A stretch of DNA of 64,000 bases from Clostridium sp. CAG:440 (GCA_000437215.1 FR898629.1:11547-75546); one strand, 5' to 3'; counted from the stretch's first letter, positions 10,207-20,433 are shown. Numbers and translations are program-made. Notes: generated by a model not told the origin, from the sequence alone.

Positions 10207-11310
10207 ATGAAATATGATTATTTAATTGTAGGCTCAGGTCTATTTGGTGCAATATTTGCATATGAAGCAAATAAAAAAGGAAAAAAATGTCTTGTAATAG
10301 ACAAAAGACCACACATAGGTGGAAATATCTATACTGAGAATATAGAAGGAATAAATGTACATAAATATGGAGCACACATATTCCATACAAGCAACAAAGA
10401 AGTATGGGATTACATACAACAATTTGCAGAATTTAACAGATACACAAACTCTCCAGTTGCAAGATATAAAGATGAATTATACAATATGCCATTTAACATG
10501 AACACATTTAACAAATTATGGGGAGTAGTAACACCAAAAGAAGCACAAGCAAAAATAGAAGAAGAAAAAAGACAAGCTGGTATTACTGAACCAAAAAATT
10601 TAGAAGAACAAGCAATAAGTTTAGTTGGACAAACAATATATGAAAAATTGGTAAAAGGTTATACAGAAAAACAATGGGGAAGAAAGTGCACAGAACTTCC
10701 AAGTTTTATAATTAAACGTTTACCTGTAAGATTAATATATGATAATAATTATTTTAATGATAAATATCAAGGAATTCCAATAGGAGGCTATACCAAAATA
10801 ATAGAAAAAATGTTAGAAGGAATAGATGTAAAATTAAACTATGACTTTTTCGAAAATAATGAAGAATTAGAAAATGTTGCAGAAAAAATAGTATTTACAG
10901 GCCCAATAGATAAATTTTATAATTATAAATTTGGGGAATTAGAATATAGAAGTTTAAGATTTGAAACAGAAACATTAGATGAACAAAATTATCAAGGAAA
11001 TGCTGTTGTAAATTATACAGAATATGAAGTTCCATATACACGTATAATAGAGCACAAACATTTTGAATTTGATGCAACATCTCCAAAAACAATAATAACA
11101 AAAGAATACCCAGATAGTTGGAATAAAGAAAAAGAACCATATTATCCAATAAATAATGAAAGAAATAATGAATTATATGAAAAATATGCAGCTTTAGCAA
11201 AACAGGATAAAAATGTTATTTTTGGAGGAAGACTAGGACAATACAAATATTATGATATGGATAAAGTAATTGCAGAAGCACTAAAATGTGTAAAAGAAGA
11301 AATAAAATAA
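10207..11310 (+). CDS. glf: UDP-galactopyranose mutase
   Basis: The FAD-binding N-terminus YDYLIVGSGLFGAIFA...DKRPHIGGN, the 367-aa length and the conserved C-terminus GRLGQYKYYDMD match Glf. Confidence 0.95.
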   Translation: MKYDYLIVGSGLFGAIFAYEANKKGKKCLVIDKRPHIGGNIYTENIEGINVHKYGAHIFHTSNKEVWDYIQQFAEFNRYTNSPVARYKDELYNMPFNMNTFNKLWGVVTPKEAQAKIEEEKRQAGITEPKNLEEQAISLVGQTIYEKLVKGYTEKQWGRKCTELPSFIIKRLPVRLIYDNNYFNDKYQGIPIGGYTKIIEKMLEGIDVKLNYDFFENNEELENVAEKIVFTGPIDKFYNYKFGELEYRSLRFETETLDEQNYQGNAVVNYTEYEVPYTRIIEHKHFEFDATSPKTIITKEYPDSWNKEKEPYYPINNERNNELYEKYAALAKQDKNVIFGGRLGQYKYYDMDKVIAEALKCVKEEIK

Positions 11311-11338
11311 AAAACCATAATATAAATTAATATTAGAG

Positions 11339-11878
11339 GTGAAAAATATGAATAAAGTATTAAAAATTATTTTGTTACTTATAATTGCAATAGGATGGAT
11401 GGTATGTATATTTAAACTTTCTGGAATGAATTCAAAAAATTCTAATGGAAAAAGCACGGATATAATAAGTCTATTTATTGAGGATGCATTAGACATTACA
11501 AATGATTATGGAATTACAAATTCTCATCCAAGTGATGAAAAACTAGCACATGCATCAGAACTAATAAATGCTCCTGCAAGGAAAGTAATACATGCATCTG
11601 TATATTTTATATTGGCTTTTTTCTCAATGCTTTTATGGGATGTTATATTAGACCATAAACATTATTTTATAGCTTTATTGTTATCATTTATTATATGTGT
11701 TATATTTGCAGTAAGTGATGAATTTCATCAAACATTTGTAGCTGGAAGAACAGGACAGCCACTAGATGTTTTAATAGATTCAGCAGGGGCGTTAGTTGGT
11801 TTGGTATTTTATAGTACATACCATATTGTATTTAAGAGTGGATATAAAAAAGCAAAAAAAGAAATGGAAGAAAATTAA
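11339..11878 (+). CDS. VanZ-family membrane protein
   Basis: Small 4-TM protein with K..H...Y and SDE.HQ.F..GR....DV..D motifs (SDEFHQTFVAGRTGQPLDVLIDSAG). Confidence 0.7.
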   Translation: MKNMNKVLKIILLLIIAIGWMVCIFKLSGMNSKNSNGKSTDIISLFIEDALDITNDYGITNSHPSDEKLAHASELINAPARKVIHASVYFILAFFSMLLWDVILDHKHYFIALLLSFIICVIFAVSDEFHQTFVAGRTGQPLDVLIDSAGALVGLVFYSTYHIVFKSGYKKAKKEMEEN

Positions 11879-11890
11879 ATAATTATTTAA

Positions 11891-12400
11891 ATGGAGGAAC
11901 AATTGAAAATAATAATTTATAGAATAATATTATTAATATTACTAGCAGCTACATTTACATGTATATTCAACTTTTCAGCCCAGAATGGTCCACAATCTAG
12001 TTCTGTAAGCCAAAAAGTAGCAAAAATAATAATAGATATATTACCATCAACCAAAAATTTGGAAGAAGAACAAAAAAATAATTTAGTAGAGCAATCACAA
12101 AAAATAATAAGAAAAGGTGCTCATTTTTCAATATATATGGTTGTTGGAATTTTAATTATGGCATTTATGTGTACTTATAATGTTAAACAAAAAACAAGAA
12201 TTTTTGTAAGTATATGTGTAGGACTTTTATATGCAATATCTGACGAAACTCATCAATATTTTATACCTGGAAGGCAAGCATCACCAATAGATGTAGGAAT
12301 TGATACATGTGGAGTAATTACAGGAATATTAATAGTACTTGGGATTTGGACGATTGTAAATAAAATTAAAATAAAAAAATCTTATAATTCTTTAGCTTAA
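11891..12400 (+). CDS. VanZ-family membrane protein (tandem paralog)
   Basis: Same motifs as the upstream gene (SDETHQYFIPGRQASPIDVGIDTCG). Confidence 0.7.
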   Translation: MEEQLKIIIYRIILLILLAATFTCIFNFSAQNGPQSSSVSQKVAKIIIDILPSTKNLEEEQKNNLVEQSQKIIRKGAHFSIYMVVGILIMAFMCTYNVKQKTRIFVSICVGLLYAISDETHQYFIPGRQASPIDVGIDTCGVITGILIVLGIWTIVNKIKIKKSYNSLA

Positions 12401-12452
12401 TTATAAATTGTAATAAAGAATATAAAAGATTGCAAATAAATTAAAAAAAGTG

Positions 12453-12482
12453 TTGAATATTTTAGAATAAGTGTGGTATAAT
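12453..12482 (+). promoter_or_regulatory. Sigma-A type promoter for pyk
   Basis: TTGAAT, an 18-nt spacer and TATAAT with an upstream TG, about 30 nt before the pyk RBS. Confidence 0.5.
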
Positions 12483-12514
12483 AGGTTTTAGTTGTAAAAA
12501 GGGAGGAAATAAAA

Positions 12515-13957
12515 ATGAAAAAAGTATTAAGAAAAACAAAAATAGTAGGAACAATAGGACCTGCAAGCCAAAGTGAAGAAATGTTAACAAAATTAATGAA
12601 CGCTGGATTAAACGTTACAAGAATTAACTTCTCACATGGTGGATATGAAGAAAATGGAGAAAAAATAGAAACAATAAAAAAAGTTAGATCAGCATTAAAC
12701 AGACCTGTTGCACTATTATTAGACACAAAAGGACCTGAAATAAGAACAGGAGTATTAGAAACTGGAAATGAAAAAGTTACAATAGAAGAAGGACAAGAAT
12801 TTACATTTGTAAATGATGATATAATCGGAAATAATACAAAAACATCAATAAGCTATAAAGAATTATACAAAGACGTAAAAGTTGGTGGAACATTATTAGT
12901 TGATGATGGAGCATTAGAATTTGAAATAACAGAAATTAAAGGTAAAGATATAGTATGTAAAGCATTAAATACAGGAAGATTAGGAAGCAGAAAAACAATG
13001 AATGTACCAGGAGTTAAAGTAGATTTACCAGCTTTAACACAAAAAGATATAGATGATATTACAGAAGGAATTAAAAGAGGATTTGATTATATAGCAGCAT
13101 CATTTGTAAGAAAAGCATCAGATGTTATTGCATTAAGAAACTTATTAGATTCAAATGGTGGAGAAAGAGTAAAAATCATATCTAAAATAGAAAACCAAGA
13201 AGGAATTGATAACTTCGAAGAAATATTAGAATTATCTGATGGTATAATGGTTGCTCGTGGAGACATGGGAGTTGAAATACCAATGGAACAAGTTCCAATA
13301 GTTCAAAAAAGATTTATAAAAAGATGTAATCAAGTTGGAAAACCAGTTATAACAGCAACACAAATGTTAGAATCAATGACATCAAATCCAAGACCAACAA
13401 GAGCAGAAGTTAGTGATGTTGCAAATGCTGTATATGATACAACAGGAGCAATAATGTTATCTGGAGAATGTGCAATGGGTAAATATCCAGTTGAATGTGT
13501 TCAAGCAATGTCTAAAATATCAAAAACAATTGAGGCAGATACAAACTACTGGAAAAGATTCAATAAAAATGCTACATCAGCTGACTTTAATGATATTGAA
13601 TCACACGTTGCATATACAACATGTGTAACAGCACAAAATATGAAAGCAGCAGGAATTGTTGCATACACACATAAAGGTGATTCAGTAAGAAAATTAGCAG
13701 GATTTGGAGCTGGATGCCCAATATTTGCTATAACAGATGATGAAAAAACATTTAACCAATTATCAGTATCTTTCAATGTAGTACCAGTATTAGTAATGGG
13801 AGAAAAAACTATAGAAGATACAATTTGCAAAGGAATTGAAAAGATTAAAGCAGATGAATTAGTAGAAGCAGGAGATATTCTTGTAATATCTGGTGGTTCT
13901 AAAATATTACCAAGTGCATCAGAAAACAAAGTTTTTGGTGGAATGGTTAGAATATAA
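12515..13957 (+). CDS. pyk: Pyruvate kinase
   Basis: KTKIVGTIGPAS...MNAGLNVTRINFSHG...MVARGDMGVEIP, 480 aa. Confidence 0.95.
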   Translation: MKKVLRKTKIVGTIGPASQSEEMLTKLMNAGLNVTRINFSHGGYEENGEKIETIKKVRSALNRPVALLLDTKGPEIRTGVLETGNEKVTIEEGQEFTFVNDDIIGNNTKTSISYKELYKDVKVGGTLLVDDGALEFEITEIKGKDIVCKALNTGRLGSRKTMNVPGVKVDLPALTQKDIDDITEGIKRGFDYIAASFVRKASDVIALRNLLDSNGGERVKIISKIENQEGIDNFEEILELSDGIMVARGDMGVEIPMEQVPIVQKRFIKRCNQVGKPVITATQMLESMTSNPRPTRAEVSDVANAVYDTTGAIMLSGECAMGKYPVECVQAMSKISKTIEADTNYWKRFNKNATSADFNDIESHVAYTTCVTAQNMKAAGIVAYTHKGDSVRKLAGFGAGCPIFAITDDEKTFNQLSVSFNVVPVLVMGEKTIEDTICKGIEKIKADELVEAGDILVISGGSKILPSASENKVFGGMVRI

Positions 13958-13972
13958 TTTAAATTTAATAGT

Positions 13973-14011
13973 AATGCCTAAAAAGACTAAAATCTTTTAG
14001 GCATTTTTTAT
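13973..14011 (+). terminator. Rho-independent terminator after pyk
   Basis: AATGCCTAAAAG / CTTTTAGGCATT stem followed by a T-run. Confidence 0.8.
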
Positions 14012-14074
14012 ATTTTGAAACACTTTTTATACTTTTGTCATATTATGTAGTATATGAAAAAAGGAGGAATAAAA

Positions 14075-14437
14075 ATGTTTGGAAGATATCAAAAATGCCA
14101 ATGTATGAATAACAATTACGAAAATGATAATGCTTGTAATGTACAAGATATATTAGAAACTAGCTGCAACAATGTTGTTTCATACAATATGGCTCAAAAT
14201 AGTTGTGAATGTGGATTTGATGAAGAAAATAGCGTTTTCCCAGAAAATCCAATGCTAGGGCAAAGTTATGTACCAATTCAATACATGGATAAAACATTTA
14301 AACCATGTGTTGGCTTAAAAATGGGAACAATATTTCCAGAACTTGTTAGTCCATATTACCCTGGGCAATCAATGGAACAAATTAGATATATTGAATCTAT
14401 GAATAAAATAGGGAAGGGGTGTAACATATGTCAGTAG
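14075..14437 (+). CDS. cotJA: Spore coat-associated protein CotJA
   Basis: The motif GQSYVPIQYMDKTFKPCVGLKMGTIFPEL is characteristic of CotJA. An AGGAGG RBS precedes ATG 14075, and cotJB/cotJC follow. Confidence 0.8.
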   Translation: MFGRYQKCQCMNNNYENDNACNVQDILETSCNNVVSYNMAQNSCECGFDEENSVFPENPMLGQSYVPIQYMDKTFKPCVGLKMGTIFPELVSPYYPGQSMEQIRYIESMNKIGKGCNICQ

Positions 14438-14817
14438 ATGAAAATAGAAATTGTGGATGTGGTTTTAATAACAATATGAGCAGTAACATGGAAAATAATA
14501 TGAATGTTAATATGCCTGAAACATTAAACTATAGTAACTCTTGCCAAGAGACACAAAATACAGTAGATTGTTGTATGCAACAAGAAATGTTAAATCAAAT
14601 CATGGCCTATGATTTTGCTATAAATGATCTTGCATTATATTTAGATACTCATACTGATGATGAAAAAGCTCTTTGTCTTCATAGAAAATATTGTAAAGAA
14701 GCTAAAGAATTAAAAGATAAATATCAAAAGGTGTTTGGACCTCTTACAATTAATTTTCCATGTAATAAATGGAGATGGATTGAAGAGCCATGGCCTTGGG
14801 AAGGAGGAAATTATTAA
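14428..14817 (+). CDS. cotJB: Spore coat protein CotJB
   Basis: AYDFAINDLALYLDTHTDDEKAL...KYQKVFGPLT matches the CotJB family. Confidence 0.85.
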   Translation: MSVDENRNCGCGFNNNMSSNMENNMNVNMPETLNYSNSCQETQNTVDCCMQQEMLNQIMAYDFAINDLALYLDTHTDDEKALCLHRKYCKEAKELKDKYQKVFGPLTINFPCNKWRWIEEPWPWEGGNY

Positions 14818-15407
14818 TGTGGACTTATAATAAAACTTTACAGTATCCTATAAATATTAAATGTGCTGATCCTAGACTTGCAAAAGTTATAATATCTCAA
14901 TATGGAGGTCCAGATGGTGAACTTGCCGCTTCTTTAAGATATTTGTCTCAAAGATTTGGAATGCCTGATCAAAATGCAAAAGCAATATTAAATGATATAG
15001 GAACAGAAGAACTTGCTCACCTTGAAATGGTGGGAACAATAGTACACCAACTAACAAAAAATGCAAGCATAGAAGAAATAGAAAAAGCAGGTTTAGCACC
15101 ATATTATACAGACCATGGGGTAGATGTATACCCTCAATCTGCGGCTGGAGTTCCATTTGATGCAACATGTCTAGCTTGTAAGGGTGATCCAATTGCAAAT
15201 TTACAAGAAGACTTGGCAGCAGAACAAAAAGCAAGAGCAACTTATGAAAAATTAATTGATTTATGTAGAGATAACCCAGAAGTAATTGACCCACTTCGCT
15301 ATTTAAGAGAAAGAGAAATAGTCCATTTCCAAAGATTTGGAGAAGCACTAAGAGGAGTTCAAGATAAATTAGCAGAGAAAAAATTTTATATGAATGATTG
15401 CAAATAA
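14817..15407 (+). CDS. cotJC: Spore coat protein CotJC (manganese catalase family)
   Basis: MWTYNKTLQYPI...GGPDGELAASLRYLSQRF...EELAHLEMV. Starts at a TAATG overlap with the cotJB stop, preceded by GGAAGGAGG. Confidence 0.9.
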   Translation: MWTYNKTLQYPINIKCADPRLAKVIISQYGGPDGELAASLRYLSQRFGMPDQNAKAILNDIGTEELAHLEMVGTIVHQLTKNASIEEIEKAGLAPYYTDHGVDVYPQSAAGVPFDATCLACKGDPIANLQEDLAAEQKARATYEKLIDLCRDNPEVIDPLRYLREREIVHFQRFGEALRGVQDKLAEKKFYMNDCK

Positions 15408-15414
15408 CAATTAT

Positions 15415-15443
15415 CCCTCAGTTATACTGAGGGTAATTTTTTT
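15415..15443 (+). terminator. Rho-independent terminator after cotJC
   Basis: CCCTCAG / CTGAGGG stem followed by TAATTTTTTT. Confidence 0.75.
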
Positions 15444-15499
15444 ATCATTAAATAAACAAGAAGGTGTAGTATATTATAATATTTTATGGTATAATATAT

Positions 15500-15556
15500 C
15501 AAATTTACAAGAATACTTAGCAGCAGAGCAAGAAGCAAGAACAACTTTTAAAAATA
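15500..15556 (+). repeat. Degenerate direct copy of an internal cotJC segment (source 15196-15252)
   Basis: By-eye alignment of 57 nt shows about 7 mismatches. It encodes NLQEYLAAEQEARTTFK versus NLQEDLAAEQKARATYEK in cotJC. Confidence 0.7.
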
Positions 15557-15579
15557 AAAATGAAATGGAAGTAATAAAA

Positions 15580-16335
15580 ATGTTAAATCAATTTTCAAGA
15601 ACAGAATTATTAATTGGAAAAGAAGGAATAGAAAAATTACAAGGTGCAAAAATTGCGATTTTTGGACTTGGGGGAGTAGGTTCATTTGTAGCAGAAGGGC
15701 TAGTAAGAGCTGGAGTAGAAAATTTTGTATTAATAGATGATGATAAAATATGTTTAACAAATTTAAATAGACAAATAATAGCAACAAGAAAAACAATAGG
15801 AAAATACAAAGTAGAAGTAATGAAAGAAAGAATGCTAGAAATAAATCCAAATGCTAAAGTTGAAACATATCAAGAATTTTATATGCCAGAATCTAAAACA
15901 AATATAATAAATGAAGATTTAAATTATGTAGTAGATTGTGTTGACACAGTTACTGCAAAAATAGAAATTATTATGAACTGTAAGAAATTAAATATCCCTG
16001 TAATATCTGCAATGGGAACAGGAAACAAACTTGATCCAACAAGATTTGAAATTACAGATATATATAAAACTAGCATATGTCCACTTGCAAAAGTAATGAG
16101 AAAAGAACTTAAAAAAAGAAATGTAGACAGTTTAAAGGTTATATATTCAAAAGAAGAACCAATAAAACCAGACAATACAAGTAGCAGTAGCTGCAAAACA
16201 AATTGTATCTGCCCTCCGGGAACAAAAAGAAAATGTACAATAAGAAATCAAGTACCTGGAAGCATATCATTTGTACCATCTGTTGCAGGACTAATGATTG
16301 CAGGAGAAATAATAAAAGATATTTTAAATAAATAA
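15580..16335 (+). CDS. tcdA: ThiF/MoeB-family tRNA threonylcarbamoyladenosine dehydratase
   Basis: FSRTELLIGKEGIEKLQGAKIAIFGLGGVGSFVAEGLVRAGVENFVLIDDDKICLTNLNRQ. The longer ORF from 15394 crosses the cotJC terminator, so it is not used. Confidence 0.8.
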   Translation: MLNQFSRTELLIGKEGIEKLQGAKIAIFGLGGVGSFVAEGLVRAGVENFVLIDDDKICLTNLNRQIIATRKTIGKYKVEVMKERMLEINPNAKVETYQEFYMPESKTNIINEDLNYVVDCVDTVTAKIEIIMNCKKLNIPVISAMGTGNKLDPTRFEITDIYKTSICPLAKVMRKELKKRNVDSLKVIYSKEEPIKPDNTSSSSCKTNCICPPGTKRKCTIRNQVPGSISFVPSVAGLMIAGEIIKDILNK

Positions 16336-16345
16336 TAAAAAATAA

Positions 16346-16388
16346 CTCTAAATTATTAAAAGAATTAATAATTTAGGGCTATTTTTTT
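16346..16388 (+). terminator. Rho-independent terminator after tcdA
   Basis: CTAAATTATTAA / TTAATAATTTAG stem followed by a T-run. Confidence 0.75.
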
Positions 16389-16486
16389 ATTAAAATACAT
16401 TGTACTGACTTACCAGTATAAAGACATATAAAAAGATGTGTTATAAAATAATCTAGTAATTTAAATATAAAGAAAGTAGGATACAA

Positions 16487-18205
16487 ATGAGTGAAAAATT
16501 ATATGAAGTTATAAAAATAGATAATTTAAAGGATATGTTAAATAAAACAAAAGAAATATATAGTAACAAAATAGCATATCAAATAAAAATAGATAATGGT
16601 AAATATAAAACATTTACACATAAGCAAGTAAGAAATATGGTAGATAATCTTGGAACTGCATTAATTGACATGGGGTTAAAAAATAAAAGAATAGCAATAA
16701 TTGGAGAAAACAGGTATGAATGGGAAGTTGCTTATTTATCAGTAGTATGTGGAACAGGACTTGTTGTTCCTCTTGATAAATCATTACCTGAAAATGAATT
16801 AGAATCACTAATAGAAAGGTCTGAAGTTGAAGCTATTTTTTATTCTAAAAAATATGAAGATACATTAACTAAAATAAAATACAACCAAAATAACAAATTA
16901 AAACATTTAATATCATTTGATAATTTAGAAAATACAGATGGTATATATTCTTTAAATGAATTAATAAAAACAGGAGAAAAATTAATAAAAAATGGGAATA
17001 AGGAATTTATAGAAGCCAAAATAGATAATGAAAAAATGAGCATTATGTTATTTACATCTGGTACAACATCTAGTTCTAAAGTGGTTGCTCTTTCTCATAA
17101 AAATATTTGTTCAAATTTAATGGACATTGCATCAGTTGTTGATGTAAATGAAAATGATACACTTCTTTCTATTTTACCAATACACCATGTTTTTGAATGC
17201 ACAGTTGGATTTTTATTTTCGCTATACAAAGGTGCAAAAACTGTATTTTCAGATGGATTAAGACATGTTGTTGATAATTTAAAAGAATATCAAGTAACTG
17301 TTATGGCTTGTGTTCCTGTTATTTATGAAAGAATTTTTGGAATGATAAGAAAACAGTTAGAAAAGCAAGGAAAACTTGATAATATTTTAAAAAAGGAAGA
17401 AGAGCTTAGAAATTCAAGCATGGAAGAAAGAAAAGAAAATTTTAAACAAATTCATGATATGCTTGGAGGTAAAGTAAAATTATTTATAAGTGGTGCCGCT
17501 TCTTTAGATCCTGCAATAGAAGAAAGATACAGACTGCTTGGTATTAATATAGTTCAAGGCTATGGGTTAACAGAAACTTCTCCAGTTGTAGCAATAGGAA
17601 CAAACAAAGAGCACAAGATTGGCTCTATTGGAAAAACAGTTCCAAGTGTTAAAGCAAAACTTGTAGATATAAATAAAGAAGGAGTAGGAGAACTTGTTGT
17701 AAAAGGACCAAGTATTGCACTTGGTTATTATAACAATGAAAAAGCAACAAAAGAATCTTTTAAAGGTGACTGGTTTTATACAGGTGATTTAGCCAAAATT
17801 GATAAAGAAGACTATATATTTATATGTGGTAGAAAAAAGAGTGTTATAGTACTAAAAAATGGAAAAAATATATTTCCAGAAGAAATGGAAAATTTAGTAA
17901 ATAAAATTGAAGGTGTAACAGAATCATTTATTTTTGGGAAACAACAATCAGATGATAAAAATGATATAAAAATAAATGTAAAAGTTGTATATGACAAAGA
18001 GGTTGTAGAAAATGTATACAAAGCAAAAACGAAAGAAGATATTTATAGGGCAATTTTTGAAAAAATTAAAGAAGTAAATTCAACAATGCCACAATATAAA
18101 GCAATAAGAGGAATGATATTAACAACTAAGCCATTAATAAAAACAACAACCAATAAAATAAAAAGGCAGGCAAATTTAGATGAAATTAACAAATCTGAAA
18201 ACTAA
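16487..18205 (+). CDS. AMP-binding long-chain fatty acid-CoA ligase
   Basis: AMP-binding motif MLFTSGTTSSSKVV, plus GYGLTETSP and YTGDL...GRKKSVIVLKNGKNIFPEE. Confidence 0.85.
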   Translation: MSEKLYEVIKIDNLKDMLNKTKEIYSNKIAYQIKIDNGKYKTFTHKQVRNMVDNLGTALIDMGLKNKRIAIIGENRYEWEVAYLSVVCGTGLVVPLDKSLPENELESLIERSEVEAIFYSKKYEDTLTKIKYNQNNKLKHLISFDNLENTDGIYSLNELIKTGEKLIKNGNKEFIEAKIDNEKMSIMLFTSGTTSSSKVVALSHKNICSNLMDIASVVDVNENDTLLSILPIHHVFECTVGFLFSLYKGAKTVFSDGLRHVVDNLKEYQVTVMACVPVIYERIFGMIRKQLEKQGKLDNILKKEEELRNSSMEERKENFKQIHDMLGGKVKLFISGAASLDPAIEERYRLLGINIVQGYGLTETSPVVAIGTNKEHKIGSIGKTVPSVKAKLVDINKEGVGELVVKGPSIALGYYNNEKATKESFKGDWFYTGDLAKIDKEDYIFICGRKKSVIVLKNGKNIFPEEMENLVNKIEGVTESFIFGKQQSDDKNDIKINVKVVYDKEVVENVYKAKTKEDIYRAIFEKIKEVNSTMPQYKAIRGMILTTKPLIKTTTNKIKRQANLDEINKSEN

Positions 18206-18758
18206 ATATTTAGGAAGAGATTTTATATTTTATAACCAAATTGATTCTACGCAAAATGAAATATTTAGAAGAATAGAAAATAATAATATAAAAAATGGAA
18301 CACTTGTTATGGCAGATATTCAAACAAATGGAAAAGGAACACATGGTAGAATATGGCATACAAATGAAACACAAAATATTGCCTTTTCCTTTTATATAGA
18401 AGTAAATTGCTCTCCTCAAAAATTAGAAGGGGTGACAATTGAAGTTGCCAAAATTATTGTAGAAATATTTAAACTAAAATATAATATAAATTTAAATATA
18501 AAAGAGCCCAATGATATAACATACAATGGTAAAAAAATAGGAGGAATACTTACTCAAAGCAAAATTATAGCTAAAAATGTTAAATTTTTAGTAATTGGTA
18601 TTGGTATTAATACAAACCAAACGGTATTTTTAGATGATATAAAAGATATTGCAACATCAATAAAAAAAGAATTTGGAATAGAAGTTAATAGAACTGAAAT
18701 TATTGAATGTTTTTGTAATAAATTTGAAGAAACAATAAAAAGGAGAATTAAATTATGA
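18180..18758 (+). CDS. birA: Biotin-[acetyl-CoA-carboxylase] ligase (group I, no DNA-binding domain)
   Basis: QTNGKGTHGRIWHT and KEPNDITYNGKKIGGILT motifs, 192 aa, directly upstream of the acc/fab cluster. Confidence 0.8.
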   Translation: MKLTNLKTKYLGRDFIFYNQIDSTQNEIFRRIENNNIKNGTLVMADIQTNGKGTHGRIWHTNETQNIAFSFYIEVNCSPQKLEGVTIEVAKIIVEIFKLKYNINLNIKEPNDITYNGKKIGGILTQSKIIAKNVKFLVIGIGINTNQTVFLDDIKDIATSIKKEFGIEVNRTEIIECFCNKFEETIKRRIKL

Positions 18759-19684
18759 AAATAGGTTTTTTATTTCCTGGGCAGGGAGCTCAATATGTAG
18801 GCATGGGAAAGGATTTATATGAAAAATATGATGAAGCAAAAAAGATTTATGATATGGCAGAAAAAATCACAAATGAGCCTATAAAACAAATATCATTTGA
18901 AGGCCCAAAAGAACTTTTAGATAAAACTAAATATACTCAACTTGCAATACTTACGCAAAGTTTAGCAATACTCGAAATTTTAAAAAAATGTAATATAAAT
19001 TCTAATTTATCAGCAGGATTAAGTTTGGGAGAATATACAGCTTTAATAGAAAACGGAATATTTAGTTTTGAAGATGGTTTAAAAATTGTTCAAAAAAGAG
19101 GAGAAATAATGCAAAATTATACTCCAAGTGGTAACTGGAAAATGGCTGCAATAATAGGGCTTACAGAAAAACAAGTAGAAGATGTTTGCAATAAAATAAA
19201 TTATTTTGTTGTTCCTGCAAACTATAATACAATTGGGCAAATAGTTATATCTGGGGAAGAACAAGGAGTTATTGAAGCAGGAGAGCTTGCAAAACAAATG
19301 GGAGCAAAAATGGTTAGTATTTTAAATACTGCAGGACCATTTCATACAGAAAAACTAAAAGAATGTTCTATTAAACTAAAAAAAGAGCTAGAACATGTAA
19401 ATATAATTTCCAAAGAACCCAAAGTTGTAAAAAATATAGATGGGAAAATATATAGTAAATCAGATGATATTTCACAAATATTATCAGAGCATATAATGAA
19501 TCCTGTAAAATTTACTAAAGTATTACAAACAATGTATGATAATGGAATAGACTTCTTTTTAGAAATTGGTCCAGGGAAAACTTTAAGTTCATTTGTAAAA
19601 AGAATGAAATTTGAAAGACCTATAAAGATAATGAATGTTGGAACTGTTAATGATTTAGAAAAGTTAATAAAGGAGGTAATGTAA
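18755..19684 (+). CDS. fabD: Malonyl-CoA-ACP transacylase
   Basis: FLFPGQGAQYVGMGKDLY...AGLSLGEYTAL. Confidence 0.95.
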   Translation: MKIGFLFPGQGAQYVGMGKDLYEKYDEAKKIYDMAEKITNEPIKQISFEGPKELLDKTKYTQLAILTQSLAILEILKKCNINSNLSAGLSLGEYTALIENGIFSFEDGLKIVQKRGEIMQNYTPSGNWKMAAIIGLTEKQVEDVCNKINYFVVPANYNTIGQIVISGEEQGVIEAGELAKQMGAKMVSILNTAGPFHTEKLKECSIKLKKELEHVNIISKEPKVVKNIDGKIYSKSDDISQILSEHIMNPVKFTKVLQTMYDNGIDFFLEIGPGKTLSSFVKRMKFERPIKIMNVGTVNDLEKLIKEVM

Positions 19685-20418
19685 TGAATAAAGTTGCTTT
19701 TATAACAGGAGCTACTAGGGGAATAGGAAGCCAAATTGCATATACGCTTGCAAAACAAGGCTATAACATAGTTGTTAATTACAGAAAAGAAAATGAAGAT
19801 TTTGAAAATACAAAAAAGAAAATCCAAAGTTTAAATGTTAAGTTTTTAGGAGTTAAAGGCGATGTTTCTAATTTTGAAAGTTGCGAAAATATGATAAAAG
19901 AGACAATTAAAGAATTTGGAAGAATTGATGTATTAGTAAATAATGCAGGTATTACAAAAGATATGCTACTTTTAAGAATGAAACAAGAAGATTTTTTAAG
20001 TGTTATAAATACAAACTTAGTTGGAACATTTAATATGACTAAAAATGTTATTTCTTATATGACAAAACAAAAAGAAGGAAGGATTATAAACATATCTTCT
20101 GTTGTAGGAATAAGTGGAAATGCAGGACAAACAAATTATGCCGCATCTAAAGCTGGAATAATAGGATTTACTAAAAGTTTAGCAAAAGAAGTAGCTAGCA
20201 GAAACATACTTGTAAATGCTGTTGCTCCAGGATTTATAGAAACCAAAATGACAGATGTTTTAAAAGAAGAAATTAAAGAAGAAATTAATAAAACAATACC
20301 ATTAAAAAGAATGGGAACTGCCGAAGATGTTGCAAATGTAGTAAAATTTTTATCATCAGAAGATAGTTCTTATATTACAGGCCAAGTAATTCAAGTTGAT
20401 GGTGGAATGTTAATGTAG
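19684..20418 (+). CDS. fabG: 3-oxoacyl-ACP reductase
   Basis: SDR motifs TGATRGIG, NNAGI and YAASKAG; C-terminus ITGQVIQVDGGM. Confidence 0.95.
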   Translation: MNKVAFITGATRGIGSQIAYTLAKQGYNIVVNYRKENEDFENTKKKIQSLNVKFLGVKGDVSNFESCENMIKETIKEFGRIDVLVNNAGITKDMLLLRMKQEDFLSVINTNLVGTFNMTKNVISYMTKQKEGRIINISSVVGISGNAGQTNYAASKAGIIGFTKSLAKEVASRNILVNAVAPGFIETKMTDVLKEEIKEEINKTIPLKRMGTAEDVANVVKFLSSEDSSYITGQVIQVDGGMLM

Positions 20419-20433
20419 AAAGGGGAAATATAA

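Noticed and set aside
16403-16418. Palindrome TACTGacttacCAGTA upstream of the acyl-CoA ligase/fab cluster as a possible FapR/FadR-type operator
   Set aside because: It has only 5-bp arms, and I cannot match it confidently to any known operator consensus from memory.
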